Shown here one piece after another: positions 1 to 12,200 of a DNA stretch of 64,000 bases. Below the pieces are notes generated by a model. It saw nothing but the letters and a program-made list of their open reading frames with translations, did no database searches and was not told the DNA's origin. The DNA comes from Eledone cirrhosa (Eukaryota). Made by a program: the position numbers and the translations under genes. The first letter of the stretch is position 1. Each line of letters opens with the position of its first letter. The DNA lies in contig OZ024742.1 in NCBI GenBank assembly GCA_964016885.1, positions 38,006,001-38,070,000 on the forward strand, read 5' to 3'.

Positions 1-262
1 CAAGCTCAATAAAATAAGTGCCAGTTTAGTACTGGGATTGATTCTCTCTTCCTCCCTCTCTCTGGAAAAAATCAGCTATGTTCAGACATGGAGAAGGATG
101 GGCTCCACCAGTTTTAAATGTTGAATGTCATGTCATTATAGGTGGATGGATGGATAACACAATAAACAAATACATTGTTTTTACAGTCCTAAAACAAGGA
201 ACATCAGTAAGAGATTGAGAGGGGGCATATGAAATTGTGGGATCTTACAGGATATTCATTTT

Positions 263-267
<5 letters not shown>

Positions 268-339
<72 letters not shown>

Positions 340-394
340 TATATATATATAACATTTCTACGACCTATATATATATATATATATATATACATAC
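268..394. repeat. Compound (TA)n/(CA)n microsatellite
   Basis: Read directly. Similar tracts at 17228-17400, 26050-26200, 33899-33942, 41234-41392, 48813-48876, 56515-56610. Confidence 0.95.
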
Positions 395-809
395 AGAGAA
401 ACAAATTTATTATATTTCAAGTGAATCAATTAAAAGAGAAAAAGAGGGAAAGAAATAGGGAAGGGGAAAACTATGTTCTTGACCCTGGACAATATATCTC
501 AGTGACACCATACAAACATAATGGTAAAAGCTTTACCACAGAACAGCCAGTGATGCCCACTGCAACAGAGATTCTCACCTCATAGGCATGATTTCTTCAT
601 CATGATTTAGTAGAGGAAAATGACAGTCCAGAGACTGAGGATACCAGGGATCTCAACATCAGAAACTAGTATAAACTAGTGCAAAATGAAATATTATAGA
701 TCTCAGGTTGTGATAATTTTCTAAAGACCACTGGAAATATCCCTTATAACCAGCACAATAATATAGTCAACTTACAGGCTATTAAAGAGGTGGTAGTGAT
801 GATAGTAAT

Positions 810-1170
810 AATTGTTTCTACTTTTGGCACAAGGCCAGCAATTACCCAGTACATTACTGGTACTTTATTTTATCAACCCCGTAAGGATGAAAGGCAAAGT
901 TAACCTCGGCGGGATTTGAACTCAGAACGGCAAGGGCTGTAACTCAGTAATAATAGTTTTTAATTTAGACATAAGGCCAGCAATTAGGGGCAGGGGAAAG
1001 TCGATTTAATTGGCCCTAGTACTTGATTGGTACCTCATTTTATCGACCCTGGAAGAGTGAAAAGCAGAGTAAACCTTCACTGGACTTAAATTCTGATGTC
1101 AAAGGGCTGTGTGACCAAATGCCAAATGTATTTTGTTTGACATTCTAATTATTCTGGCAATCCACCAGCT
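810..1170 (-). mobile_element. Two tandem Deu/Nin-like SINE copies
   Basis: Both contain the gtactttattttatc...gaaaggcaaagt...gatttgaactcag core. Confidence 0.8.
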
Positions 1171-1639
1171 TAGTAGTGAAGGTTAAAAGGATACTCTGGT
1201 GGGATTTGAACTCAGAACAAAGAGACATAGTTAAATACTGTAGAGCATTATGTGTGCTGCTCTACAAATTCTTCCATTTGATCATAGTTATAATTTGCAA
1301 GCTCCAAGCCAGCTCAACACAGAAGTACATAAGTTATTTTTGCTGTATTTTATTCCTACTTTGCATCTAATTAGCCACACAAACTCAATTAATTAAACTA
1401 TAAAAACTATCTGGTATGACTATTCAATAAGCCACAAATGAATTTCAGAGTTGTACTTATTTATCAAATGATTTGATCTGAGACTGTGTTGAAACTAAAG
1501 CAATTATATCATGGAAAAGTGATTTTAGCCATTTAAGAAGAAGAAAAAACCATACAAAAACTTTTTAATTCACAAAATTAAACGAATTATTTTAGCTAAA
1601 TTAAAACCACAGTTTCTTAATTATATATGAAATCTGTGA

Positions 1640-1925
1640 GGGTGTGTAATTAAGTAATTAGGATATTTGGTTCACAATCATTAGTTCAATTTCTGGTGTC
1701 CTTGAGTAAGACACTATATTTTCTGTTGCTCCAATTCATTCAGCTGGAAGAAATGAGTTGTACTTGTAATTCAATGGGCCAGCCTCGTCACATATTGTGT
1801 CATGCTGATCTATTTCCGAGAACAACATGAAGGGTATAGCTGTCTGTGGAATGCACAGCCACTTGCATGTTAATCTCATGAACAGGCTGCTCCATCAATC
1901 AAATAAACTGGAACACTCGTCAGAA
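1640..1925 (+). mobile_element. Decayed tRNA-derived SINE with ccttgagtaagacact central domain
   Basis: Shares head and central domain with 46505-46887 but has a different tail (ggccagcctcgtcacatattgtgtca, also at about 57975-58125). Confidence 0.65.
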
Positions 1926-3087
1926 GTGAGGTACGTTCAACACAGCAAGATATATAAACTAGTAGTGGAGTTGTTGATTTTTTTTGTTTTCTTTTTTGTT
2001 TTTGTTGTTTTTGTCCTACTCATCACACCAACTTGTTGAATGTTTTGTGAAGTGAAGATATATTGACATTGCAAAATAAAATCTAACAAACCCTAAAAGA
2101 AACTGAATTTTATATATAATGTAATTTTTATACTAAAAAATCCATCAAATAGAGTTAATATCAAGCCAGGCCAGTGTATAACTAAAATATCATTAAACAT
2201 TCAATAACTGAGTTTTAGTCTATCACTAATTTGATTTCCTAATGAAAATTACATAGTATAAAAATCATAGCAATTTGAAAGTGATAAAAAAAATGTGTTA
2301 TAGATCATATAAATCGATTCAAAATTAGATTGATCTTTTTTTTTTGTTCTACTGTACAGTACTTCATTTATAAAACTATTAAAATATTCAACAATAAACA
2401 CAGCACCATGATTGTTTTAAAACAAATATTTAATTTACATTCTATTCAATAAAATGAAAATTTGATATATGTTATGATAAATGGTATTAATAAGTGTGAT
2501 TTTTTATTGTTTTGAAAGGAGTGTGTAATGATATGATTGAAATATAAGATTATTTTTCAAACAGGAGAAATTTCCAAAACAGCAAAAAATGTTTTCAATT
2601 GCTAAGATAGCAATTTCTGAAATAAAAACAAAAAAGAACATTGCCAGTTTTTATATAAATTTACTCACACACAAAATTCTATATTGTTTCTGACATGTTG
2701 AGTAATTCATTTACACTACTATGTGTTTATATATATATAAATATATACATACATACACACACACACACATATAATACACTTTCAGTTATAGATATGTACA
2801 GGTATATGAAACAAGCACAGTTATATGAAAATACCACAGGTATTTTCATAACTGTTAATGTCTGCATACACCTATATTTACATATTTGTATTTTTAAATA
2901 TACATGTAAGTAAATTTTCTAATAAATCTTTACTGTTCTTTGAAAAGTATATGAAGTAAAACTGAAATTGAATTTTACTGATAGGAGAAAACTAAATATG
3001 AAGTTATATATTAAAATAACCAAAATATAAAAAAAACTTACATCCCCCATTGTTTTCTTCTATAATCCAAATATAATTGATGATATA

Positions 3088-3159
3088 TTAAGCACTATTT
3101 GAAGAAATTTTACTGCCGACAGCCTCATATAACATACGTTTTAAGAATCTACAACTGTT
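3088..3159 (-). CDS. Candidate last coding exon (NSCRFLKRMLYEAVGSKISSNSA*); exon may extend to a donor at 3041
   Basis: Acceptor ttgcttctcattgtctatcAG| at 3161-3160; phase-0 frame stops at TAA 3090-3088; GTAAG donor follows 46 nt later. Confidence 0.3.
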   Translation of the reverse strand, partial: NSCRFLKRMLYEAVGSKISSNSA

Positions 3160-4929
3160 CTGATAGACAATGAGAAGCAACTGTAGGGATTGCTTGGCAT
3201 TTTGAGGAAATAATTATTCTGCTTGGAACAGTAGGTGGCAGAGCCAAATGAGAGACCAAGCGTGTGTGTGTGTGTGAAGGAGGGGCGAGGAATAAGGTAA
3301 AGTGGGAAAGCATATTCTAGTTATTATGTTGTTAGACTAACTGTTGCACGAACTCCAACTCAAAAAAATAGAAAGAGAATAGAGGATTATCAACTTTCAA
3401 GTTTGATTACTTAAAAAGCAAGTTAGTGAGAAGTGAAAGGAAAGAAAGTGAGTAAAGTAAGTGCCAAGAATTGGGAGGAATTCTCTGAATGGCAAAAATG
3501 TGGAATATATCTCCACAGGTAGAGTGAATGTCAGTTCAGACACTAACAAAGAACATGCTAACTTTATTTCAGCAATAGGTGGTGGTGGTGGTGGTGGAAG
3601 GGAAGGAACATGAAGAAGAGAAGGGGGCAGAGGAGGCAGCAGTGAGAGAAACAGAAAATAGGAAATGTTCAAATGAAAAGTAAAAAAGCTATATAATACT
3701 ACTACCAAAATCATTATATCTCCTGCTGGTAGTTTCTCTCTTTTTCCTGCTAGTAGTTCCATGCAAGTCTTGACCAAGAAAGATAAATGCAGCTAACAAT
3801 ATAGATAATAGACAATTATGCTTTACTTAAAACAGTCAGCCAATAGATCTAATTAACCACTGTTGGCACATACTGATTGATAGATAGTAGGCTGCGGTGT
3901 AACATCAAGGTGAAAGAATATACCTTATAAACACACCTCTAACATCAACAGTAATTGTTTAGCTATCAATAATAAATAGCAATTAAAAACAAATAAAGAG
4001 GTTTAGATTCCCAGGTATTATTTTAAAGTAAAAAAAAAAAATACTGTTTGATAAGGGGGAGATGTGGTGGCTATTTAATTATCGAGTAAATCATATTTAT
4101 AGACCTATCAGAGAGTATGATAATTCATCAGTAGTAATTGGCCTTTCAAATATTGCCAAATTACAATAATGAGTTACCGGAAACTGTTACACTTGAATGC
4201 TAATGACTTTCTAAATATATGGTGTTATTTTCTTCCGGCTTTTAATCTAATTACAATCACCCAATAAATTCTGAGATAAAAGGTAAATATTATGATCTTT
4301 TGATATTGTGATGAAAGAAAAAAAAAATAGTTTGGCTTTATCATCATTGCATTAATTTTGCTCAGGAAATATAGAAAACCAATACATGTTTATAGATCAT
4401 TGAATTTGCGATAGTTTTGTATTTTATCCCCAGACATATTTTTGATGTAATAATAGTTTCCTGTTTTAGACCCTTTCATTTTTTTTTTTTTTTTATATGT
4501 CAACTGTTGGATAGATGTGCAAATTCATACTATTACTAATTTGTTTAACTAAATTACATGATTAATATAACAAGTCAACAAGAGCTCAAGCTTCACAACT
4601 GAATTCTCTATAACCACTCCACATTGCCACACAGTAACAAACTTTGGTTTTTTCTTAGTTGATTTTAAGGAAAATTGGCAAAGTTGTTAGAGTGTCAAAT
4701 AGAAATATCATCATCATCATCACCATTTAAAATCTATATTCCATGCTTGAATGGATTAGGCACGCTGTCACATGATGGTCATGTCAGATAATGATGTCTC
4801 GCTCATACATTCTATTTTTGCATGGTTTCCTTGGCTAGATGCTCTTCCTGACACCAACCACGTCACAGTATCTACCGTGTGCATTTTATCATGGCACTGC
4901 TACTACCACCTAACAGAATATCTCGCAAT

Positions 4930-6050
4930 ATTTGTCCAGCATTCAAATCCCACAGAAGTCAACTTTGCCTTTTATCTTTTGGGGGCAGGTAATCAAAATA
5001 ATGTACAAGTTCATGGCAGTGGATTGACAAAATTGTGTGTTGAACAAGATGCTTTGCAGCATCTGTTCTGGCACTTTGCCTGGCTGACGGCACTTCCATC
5101 CCTGTAGAGCTTATCTCGAACCAGCAATGCTCCCTGATACCACTGCCACACCAGGAATTTCTGGAAGTTATCCATAGGCCCTGGACTAAAAGTCTTGTGG
5201 AAGAAAATGGCTTGTTGATTTTCATTGATGCCCAGAGTTTCCCCGAGAATGTCATCGCATTTACCCATCACTACCTTTCTATAGAATGCCAAGGTAGAGT
5301 TTCCACCAATAATAGTCCCCGATTGGCTTAGGGCTGTTAGCACCTGAAGACATTCTAACCCCCAAGCACTCCCCCTATGTCTCCACTTGACCCAGGATTG
5401 CAGCTCAGTCAAAAGGACGAGCTGGGGGAAAATGCTAGCAAATGGCAACCATACCTGTTCGCTGTTCAAGAAAAGTTGGAAATGTCATAGCCTTATCGCA
5501 TGTCTGTGCATCATCAGCCATGTGAGTGTTGACAGCAGATCGACTGCCTGACCATTGGAACGCGTCCCTTCCGCAAAAAGTGAAAGGGCGAATGCTCCAG
5601 TCAAATTAGACGAAGCTTTAGACAAGGCACGATGGTTAGGCAGTAGTAGATGATGGACGTGATGTATGCGTTCATCACCTCTGCCCAACCTTTCAGGGAT
5701 AGCTTCCTCTCGGCCCATTTCTGGGTGAGAGTGGCCACCCTGCTCGTCACCTCACACCAGTTTTTGTCTGTCTGGAGATCCTAACCAAACCAGACCCCAA
5801 GCAATCTAACCGGTCTGTCTGTTCAGTGGCCCAACGATGCTGTTGGACGGCCTAGACCTGACTCTGCAGGTGCTAAGCTGCAGACCCACTGACTTTTCCT
5901 GGTTTAGTTTTGCTCCTGTCACTGCCTCATATTCTCAGAGCAGTGCTGATCACTTCAATGTGTTTGGCACTAGTGATGACGTTGGCATAAGCTGACACAG
6001 TTCTCCCACATCCTAGTTCACACGGGATGCCCCTCATTGTCTCCAGTTTG
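4930..6050 (-). mobile_element. Decayed L1/Tx1-like LINE, ORF2 C-terminal part
   Basis: GC-elevated block; RHAIRL and WQWYQGALLVRDKLYRDG...C...H resemble the region leading into the Tx1/L1 zinc knuckle; many frameshifts. Confidence 0.65.
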
Positions 6051-6055
6051 TGCAA

Positions 6056-6245
6056 TAATTGTTTCTACTTTAGGCACAAGGCCAGCAATTATCCAGTGCA
6101 TTACTGGTACTTTATTTTATCGACCCCGTAAGGATGAAAGGCAAAGTCAACCTCGGCGGGATTTGAACTCAGATCGTAAAGGGACGTAACTGTGCTGGAA
6201 AGCATGGCGTCCGACCCTCTACCGATACTGCCAATCCACCGCCCT
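6056..6245 (-). mobile_element. Full-length young copy of the Deu/Nin-like SINE
   Basis: Near-identical to 18662-18845 and to the reverse complement of 58148-58322; head agggcggtggattggcagtatcgg. Confidence 0.88.
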
Positions 6246-6701
6246 GTTTGCGCAATAATGGCTCTCAATATATACAACAGGGAAGAGAAGGGACAACCTT
6301 ATAACAATAATAAAATGTTGATGGTGATCATGTTCATCATCACTATTTTACATTCACTTTTCATGCTGGCATGGGTCAGAGAACCACATTTTGTTCATAG
6401 GTTTCATATTTTGGCATGGTTTCTACAGCTGAATATCCTTCCTAATGCCAGCCACTTTCAAAGTGTACTGAGTGCATTTTATCATGGTACCAGCAAGCAT
6501 TCTGGCCACATATCTAGTTTTATCATACTTTCCTTCATTCTACCAGTTTAGGAAGCACTGAAAAGTCATGAGCATTGCATTTCACTCCCTGACTAAATAG
6601 TAAAAAAAAAAATAATAACACAATTCTTATAATAACACCAGAGCTAGATAATTGTTATTGTTTGCAATTAAAGAAGAAATTTCAAGAATTTCCATGCTTA
6701 C

Positions 6702-6746
6702 TAATGACAATTGTTCATACAAAAAGGTGATATAATAAAACTTGTT
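6702..6746 (-). CDS. Candidate 45-nt exon (NKFYYITFLYEQLSL if phase 0)
   Basis: Minus strand has a long T-rich tract ending ttatgtAG| and donor TTA|GTAAGC; length divisible by 3. Splice-like signals arise easily by chance in AT-rich DNA. Confidence 0.35.
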
Positions 6747-7264
6747 CTACATAATAGGATAAGAAATATAAAAATAAATAAATAAAAATTTAAAAAATAC
6801 AGGAGCAGTGGGGTGATATCACACTTAATCAACCTATGAAAGCTATTAAAATTTTCAAGTTTCACATTTTGCTTTCTTAAAGGAAGACGAAAACATGATG
6901 TGCATGTGAATATAGTCATGGCTTTTCTTTTTCTTCTTTTTTTTCTCAAGCTAGAATTGTTTCCATAGAAACTTAAAAAGTATTTAAATAGTCATCAACT
7001 CAACTTTTAATTTCTACCTTATGGATATTCTGTATATGGCAATGTTGCAAGTTCCTTTTTAATCCTTTCATTACCACATTTAAGATAAGATATTTTCCAA
7101 TTAACTTTGAAAATAATAAGAACAAATTGGAGGGATTTCGTAAAATAACTAATTTGGAACATAACTTATGCAAAAAAACAAAACACACTACTAAAGGGAA
7201 CAGAAAAGGAGAAAAAGAAAGAAGTTATAAGTGGTGAAAGAAAAGGAAAGGGGAGTGACAGTCA

Positions 7265-7597
7265 CTACACCTAGTCTGAGCTGTGTCTCAACCACGCCCC
7301 GTGGACATAACAGCAAAAGCGTTATTGGAGAATGGCCAGAGACAACTGCTGCAACAGTCACCCCACCTAACGGGTCTCCCTCCTCAATCAGGCTACCATC
7401 TTTCTGATTTTATGGAGGAAATCAGTAGTGTGGGGACCAAGGATGCCAGAAGTCTCAACAGAGACCAGTGCAAAGAGGAAGCGGTCGGTCAGGTCCCGGT
7501 ATTTGACTACCTTCCACTCCTCTACAATGTGGGCAGCAGACCCTAGGTTTGTGGTTGAAGTGACAAGGTTGGAAGAAGAGAACGAGTTGCTGCACAT
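7265..7597 (-). mobile_element. CRE-like non-LTR element 3' fragment (restriction-like endonuclease end)
   Basis: GSAAHIVEEWKVVKYRDL...VSVETSGILGP fits the K-x2-KY / P-x2-ET-x-G pattern. Confidence 0.65.
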
Positions 7598-7914
7598 TTC
7601 GTCCTAGTTTTACCAAAATATTCTGAAAAAATTATGATAGGCAATTTCAATTTAAATAGAAGCATCTGAAAATGGGCTTTTTTTTAAATCATAAAACTTA
7701 ATGCTGTCTTGAGCGGGTTAATATAAAAAGGGTTAATGAAAATCCTTGGTATGAAAGCAATTAAGTCATTTCGTTTTTCTCAGTTAATGAAATGGAAGCA
7801 GTCAGTACCTTTAGCTTTTATAAGCATCATTAATATAGAGGATGGATATAACTAAGTGAGACTTGAACAACTAATTTTCCAGAGGTGTGATAATGAAGCT
7901 AAAATTTAGTTTGA

Positions 7915-8285
7915 AACCAGATAGATGAGATGTAATGGGAATAATCCGTCTCTCCTGCTCTCCCCATCTCCTATTATGAGCAAATGGGTGCAGCCCCATG
8001 GCCCCGGCGGACAGAATAGAGAAGGTGTTTCCCCAGAGGACGGTAAGGGAGATGCGCTGGAAGAGCTATTCCAGATCGCAAGGCTCACACCTGTGTGTAG
8101 CCAACCCTGTGCTAATGTGGTGAGTAGGGAGGTGGCCCTAGGGTCAAGGAGACCAGAAGTCTCCACTGCTATGGGCTCGACCACAAATCTGTCAGAGAGC
8201 GACCAATATTTGGAGAGTTTACCTTCCTTGGCCTGAAGTGAAGCGGAGCCTGGATTAGTTGCAGACTGCACAAGGTAACCACTGT
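7915..8285 (-). mobile_element. CRE-like non-LTR element 3' fragment
   Basis: NPGSASLQAKEGKLSKYWSLSDRFVVEPIAVETSGLL, homologous to 7265-7597 and 24310-24880. Confidence 0.7.
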
Positions 8286-8544
8286 AGAATGTGTTGCAGC
8301 ATGTGGCATCCCAGATGAATTGTTTACTGTTAAAACAGAACGGAATGACAAGTGTGTGTGTGTGTAGCGTGTGTGCACATGCATTTTGTGCGTGATGACT
8401 AAGTGTATATAAAAAATCTCATGAAGGCCAGTGTTTTTACACCAGTTAGCTCATAATTATTGCTTGTATTCTAAACATTTTTAATTGTTTCATCAATGAG
8501 AAATGAAATATGGGAAAACAAGTTTCAAGTTTATATATATATAT

Positions 8545-8665
8545 ATAATAATAATGAAATTATTGTGTATAGTGCTCAGGTGCACTACAACTCATCAAAG
8601 GTGCATGTATAGTACATAGAATAATGTACAAATGTCAGGAAAATGGACAGTGTATGAGTCATGAT
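8545..8665 (-). mobile_element. Second, tandem CR1 3'-end fragment with its own (ATT)n tail
   Basis: Repeats the 3' UTR (gatgagttgtagtgcacctgagcac) immediately downstream of the long copy's tail and abuts (TA)n at 8532-8547. Confidence 0.85.
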
Positions 8666-8829
8666 ATAATAATAATAATAATAATAATAATGAAATATTG
8701 TGTACAGTGCCCAGGTGCACCACAACTCATCAAAAAGTGCATGTACAGTACATAGGGCAATGCACAAACATCAGGAAAATGAACAGTGCACGAGTCATGA
8801 TACACACATGTGTGCATGTGTATGGAAGG

Positions 8830-11600
8830 GGTACATCAGGTGTAGTTTTGGCGTATTTCGGGAAGCATGAGTGTCTTAAAGGATGCAGTGTCTCGGCAGC
8901 TAACAACTGACGCAGGCAGTTTGTTCCATGCTTCAGCAACTCTGAGCGTGAAAAAATGTCTACGAAAGTCATGGGAGTTGTGCTGTTTTCTGATTTTGTG
9001 TTAGACACATGGAGATCAAAAAGGTGCTCAGGGTTGCAATTGGCGAGATGGTTAATTAATTTGGGGGTATTTACCAAGTCCATTGCCAGACGTCAGAGCT
9101 TCAATGTATCCATGCCCAGGGAAGCAAGGCGTTCAGAGTATGGTAGGTGTCTGATGGAGGGTATGCGCTTGGTTGCACGTCTCTGAACAGTTTCCAGGAG
9201 GTCAATGTTCTGAGCAAGATAGGGGTTCCAGACTGATGATGCGAATTCCAAGTGTGGTCGTACCATAGCTGTATACAGTTTTAAATAGATGGCTGGAGAG
9301 TGGCTAACAAAGGTCTTGCTGAGTGATGCCAAGACACCCTCGACCTTCTTGACAATCTTAGAGACATGCTTTGTCCAACGCAAATCGCTGCTGACAGTAA
9401 TTCCCAGGTGACGTTCACAAGAGGACTTCTTGATATCAGTGTTGTGGCGGGAGTATGTGGACGCTGGATTTTTCCTCCCAAAATGCATGGTGGTACACTT
9501 GTCCACAGCCAGCTTCAGTTGCCAGTCTCTGATCCATTGCTGCATTGTGTCCAGGTCTGATTGTAGGAAAGAGTTGTAAATTTCAGGATCAGTCCTTTTG
9601 ATTTCAAGGTACAGCTTGATGTCATCTGCATATTTCAGTACCGTGGCATTCTGTAAGTTGGCATCTATGTCATTAATATATGCCACAAACAAAAGGGGAC
9701 CAAGAACAGATCCCTGTGGTACACCAGATGACATCTCATATGGTGAAGAATGCTGTCCTAGAACCGTGACTACTTCTTTTCGGCTGAAAATGAAGGATTT
9801 CAACCAGTTGAAAAGATCATCCTTCACACCCATTGCAGAATGTTTTGCCATAAGTCTTTTGTGTGGCACAGAATTAAAAGCCTTAGCAAAGTCAAGGTAA
9901 ACAACATCCACCCATGAGCCGCTGTCAGTGATCCGGGTGATGTCTTCAAGGAACTCGATAAGCTGATCACAGCAGCTGGAGTTAGGGATAAATCCAAACT
10001 GTGAGGGCCGGATGAGGCTGTGAGAGCTCCAGAAGTTCCAAAGTGTTTCTCTGACACAGGATTCCATCAGTTTGGCCATACAGCTAGTAAGACTGACTGG
10101 ACGATAGTTGACAGGTGACATGCGGTTGCCCTTTTTGAACAGGGGAATGACACTGGCAGTTTTCCACTGCTCCGGAGTAGCACCATTGTTGAGACAGTAT
10201 TGAAAAGCTGGCGCAAAAGGAAATACCCGCCACGTTTGAGAAGCATGTATGTCACACCATCAAGACCAGGGGAGGCATAGTTGCGCTTATTCTTAAGGTG
10301 ACGTCGCAACATTGCAGGTGTAAATTCCATAGTTGTTATGGAATTTGATGTTAGAGATGGTGAAGATGGTACATTCTGGTTTTCAACAATAAAAATACTT
10401 GCATAGCACTCAGCAATGAGTTCTGCGCATTCTTTGGGATCGTCAGTGATCTGGCTTGTGTGGGGATTGCGAAGAGGACCAACTGGAGAGTGAGGTCTCT
10501 GCTTTGAATGAACATATTTCCAGAACACCTTACTGTCAGGATTGGATACTATGCACTGTTCAAATTCAAGCACTGCCTTCTTTGTCACTTGCTTGAGATG
10601 GTTGGAAGATTTATTCCGCTTTTTTCTGTTGGCATCTGATTTATGCAGTTTATATTCCCGTTCAGCGTTCCGACATTCTTTCCTGGCAAGTTGGACCGCT
10701 GAAGTTTCCCAAATTGCACTTTTGGGGTGTTTTTTTTTCTGCCTACGTGGCACCGATACTGCATACGCTATCCATATTGAGTCCAGGATGCTCTGGAGTA
10801 TAGTGTTCACATTTCCAGAGTTATAGAATTCATGCCAGTTTTGGCGCTGTAGCTCAGTGCAGTACAAGTTCCGATCTGCTTTCTTCCAATCAAAGCAAGC
10901 AGATTGGAGATGGCTCTGGTTTTTGTTGCTGCCCTCAAGTGCCAGATTGGCAATGATCATAGCATGATCAGAGTCGCCTAGAGGTTCCTCAGTAGTACAA
11001 CTGATAACCACTTTAGGAGTAGTGGTGAAGATCAGGTCCAAAGTGTTGTCACCTCTTGTTGGAGAGGTGACTACTTGTGACCAGTTTGAGTCCAGCACTA
11101 GTTCAAGGAAATCGTTTGCACCTTGTGGCCAACGAAAGGTTTCCCAATCGATCTCAGGATGATTGAAGTCACCTGCAATAAACACATAAGTGGCTCTTTT
11201 CTTGGCAGCAACTCTGAGGATATCGCAAAGCTGTGTCCTGATGGTAGTTTGGGGGGCGATAAACAACACCAAGCAGAAGTGTTGACATGGTCATACGTAT
11301 GTCACAGAAAAAAACTTCTCCCTGTGATTCGTTCAAATCAACGCAAGGAATTACCGAAAAGTTTGAACAAACGTAGACCATCACACCACCACCACGGTGA
11401 TTAATGCGGTCCTTGCGGAAAAGGTTGTACCCAGTAATGCTGAAAACCCCATCACAGAGTAAGGAATGTGCCCATGTTTCTGTGACTGTGATGAAGTCAG
11501 GGTCGATGCTTCTGACGTAGGATTCAAACAGATGTATCTTGTTGCATAAACTGCGAGCATTTAAGGACAACAATTTGTACCCTGCTCGCAGTTTATGATG
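8830..11600 (-). pseudogene. Disrupted CR1 ORF2 (endonuclease-reverse transcriptase)
   Basis: Split over ORFs 11169-11573, 10067-11272 and 9093-10121. Premature TGA at 9093-9095 where the copy at 15.2 kb has CGA. The TRGHAY segment present in sister copies is deleted near 9000. Confidence 0.9.
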
Positions 11601-11629
11601 GTGTGTAGAGGGTGGCAGGTTGTTCTGGT

Positions 11630-12200
11630 TTAGTTTCCCAGAGTTGTAGCAGTTTTTTCATTGCCAGTTATTGTGGGTAGATCACACTCAGACCAGCTGG
11701 TATCTCTCTCCCACGTTTCACCAGCCTTAACAAACCTCCAGATCTGCCCATCATCACGCAGACTAAAACTTTCATGTTGTGCTGAGTTCCGATTCAAGGA
11801 AGCTGCAGCACGTAACTTTGGGTGTACATGGGGTGGTAGGCCTGGGCGTGTTCGGAAGGTAATCCAATTTTTACGCCCAGCTTTAACAGAGGCCTGATGG
11901 TATGAGATTGCCTCAGCGGGGTCCGAAAAAGACAGCCTGATGAGTCAGGTCAACCAAGGCGGAGAGCACCCTTTGAGAGAACACAGCCTAGGTATTTGGC
12001 TGAGCTGGCAGCAAATGCCTGTTGATCAGCCTTGTCCTCTGGTACCCCAATGGCAATTACCCCATGGGTAGCAGATTCCGCAGTCTTCTCAGTGTGGCCA
12101 GATACGGCAAGAGGTACAGGGAGATTCTTTAGCAAGGCATTCCGATAAGACCCCTCATTGTGGGGTCCTACCCGAATGCTTGCCTTTATTCCTGTTACTG
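11630..12200 (-). pseudogene. C-terminal remnant of CR1 ORF1
   Basis: GC-richer coding-like sequence directly upstream of the APE domain, ending ...TATTLGN-TAA at 11630; contains VIAIGVPE. Confidence 0.6.

Larger units (their letters stand above)
8666..12200 (-). mobile_element. CR1-clade LINE, 5'-truncated in ORF1, with frameshifted ORF2 (APE endonuclease + RT), 3' UTR and (ATT)n tail
   Basis: APE motifs SLNARSL, TETW, GGGV, YRPP, GDFN, SDH. RT motifs NYRPVSL, QFGF, LDFAKAF, GVPQGSVLGPLLF, YADD. CR1-type C-terminus. (ATT)n tail at about 8666-8691; (TA)n tract at the 5' junction. Confidence 0.93.

Noticed and set aside
229-585. ORFs rich in YI, HT, CV, ER or SL runs (also 17147-17643, 26018-26254, 29429-29797, 41122-41549, 43527-43718, 51319-51522)
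   Set aside because: They are translations of dinucleotide microsatellites, which lack stop codons.
6801-6950. Lys-rich minus-strand ORF or exon (LEKKKKKKKSHDY...)
   Set aside because: Driven by a poly-T tract; weak splice signals and an early stop.
9598-10826. Plus-strand ORFs inside the CR1, and minus-strand ORFs 36287-37285 inside the RTE
   Set aside because: Antisense shadows of the retrotransposon coding frames.
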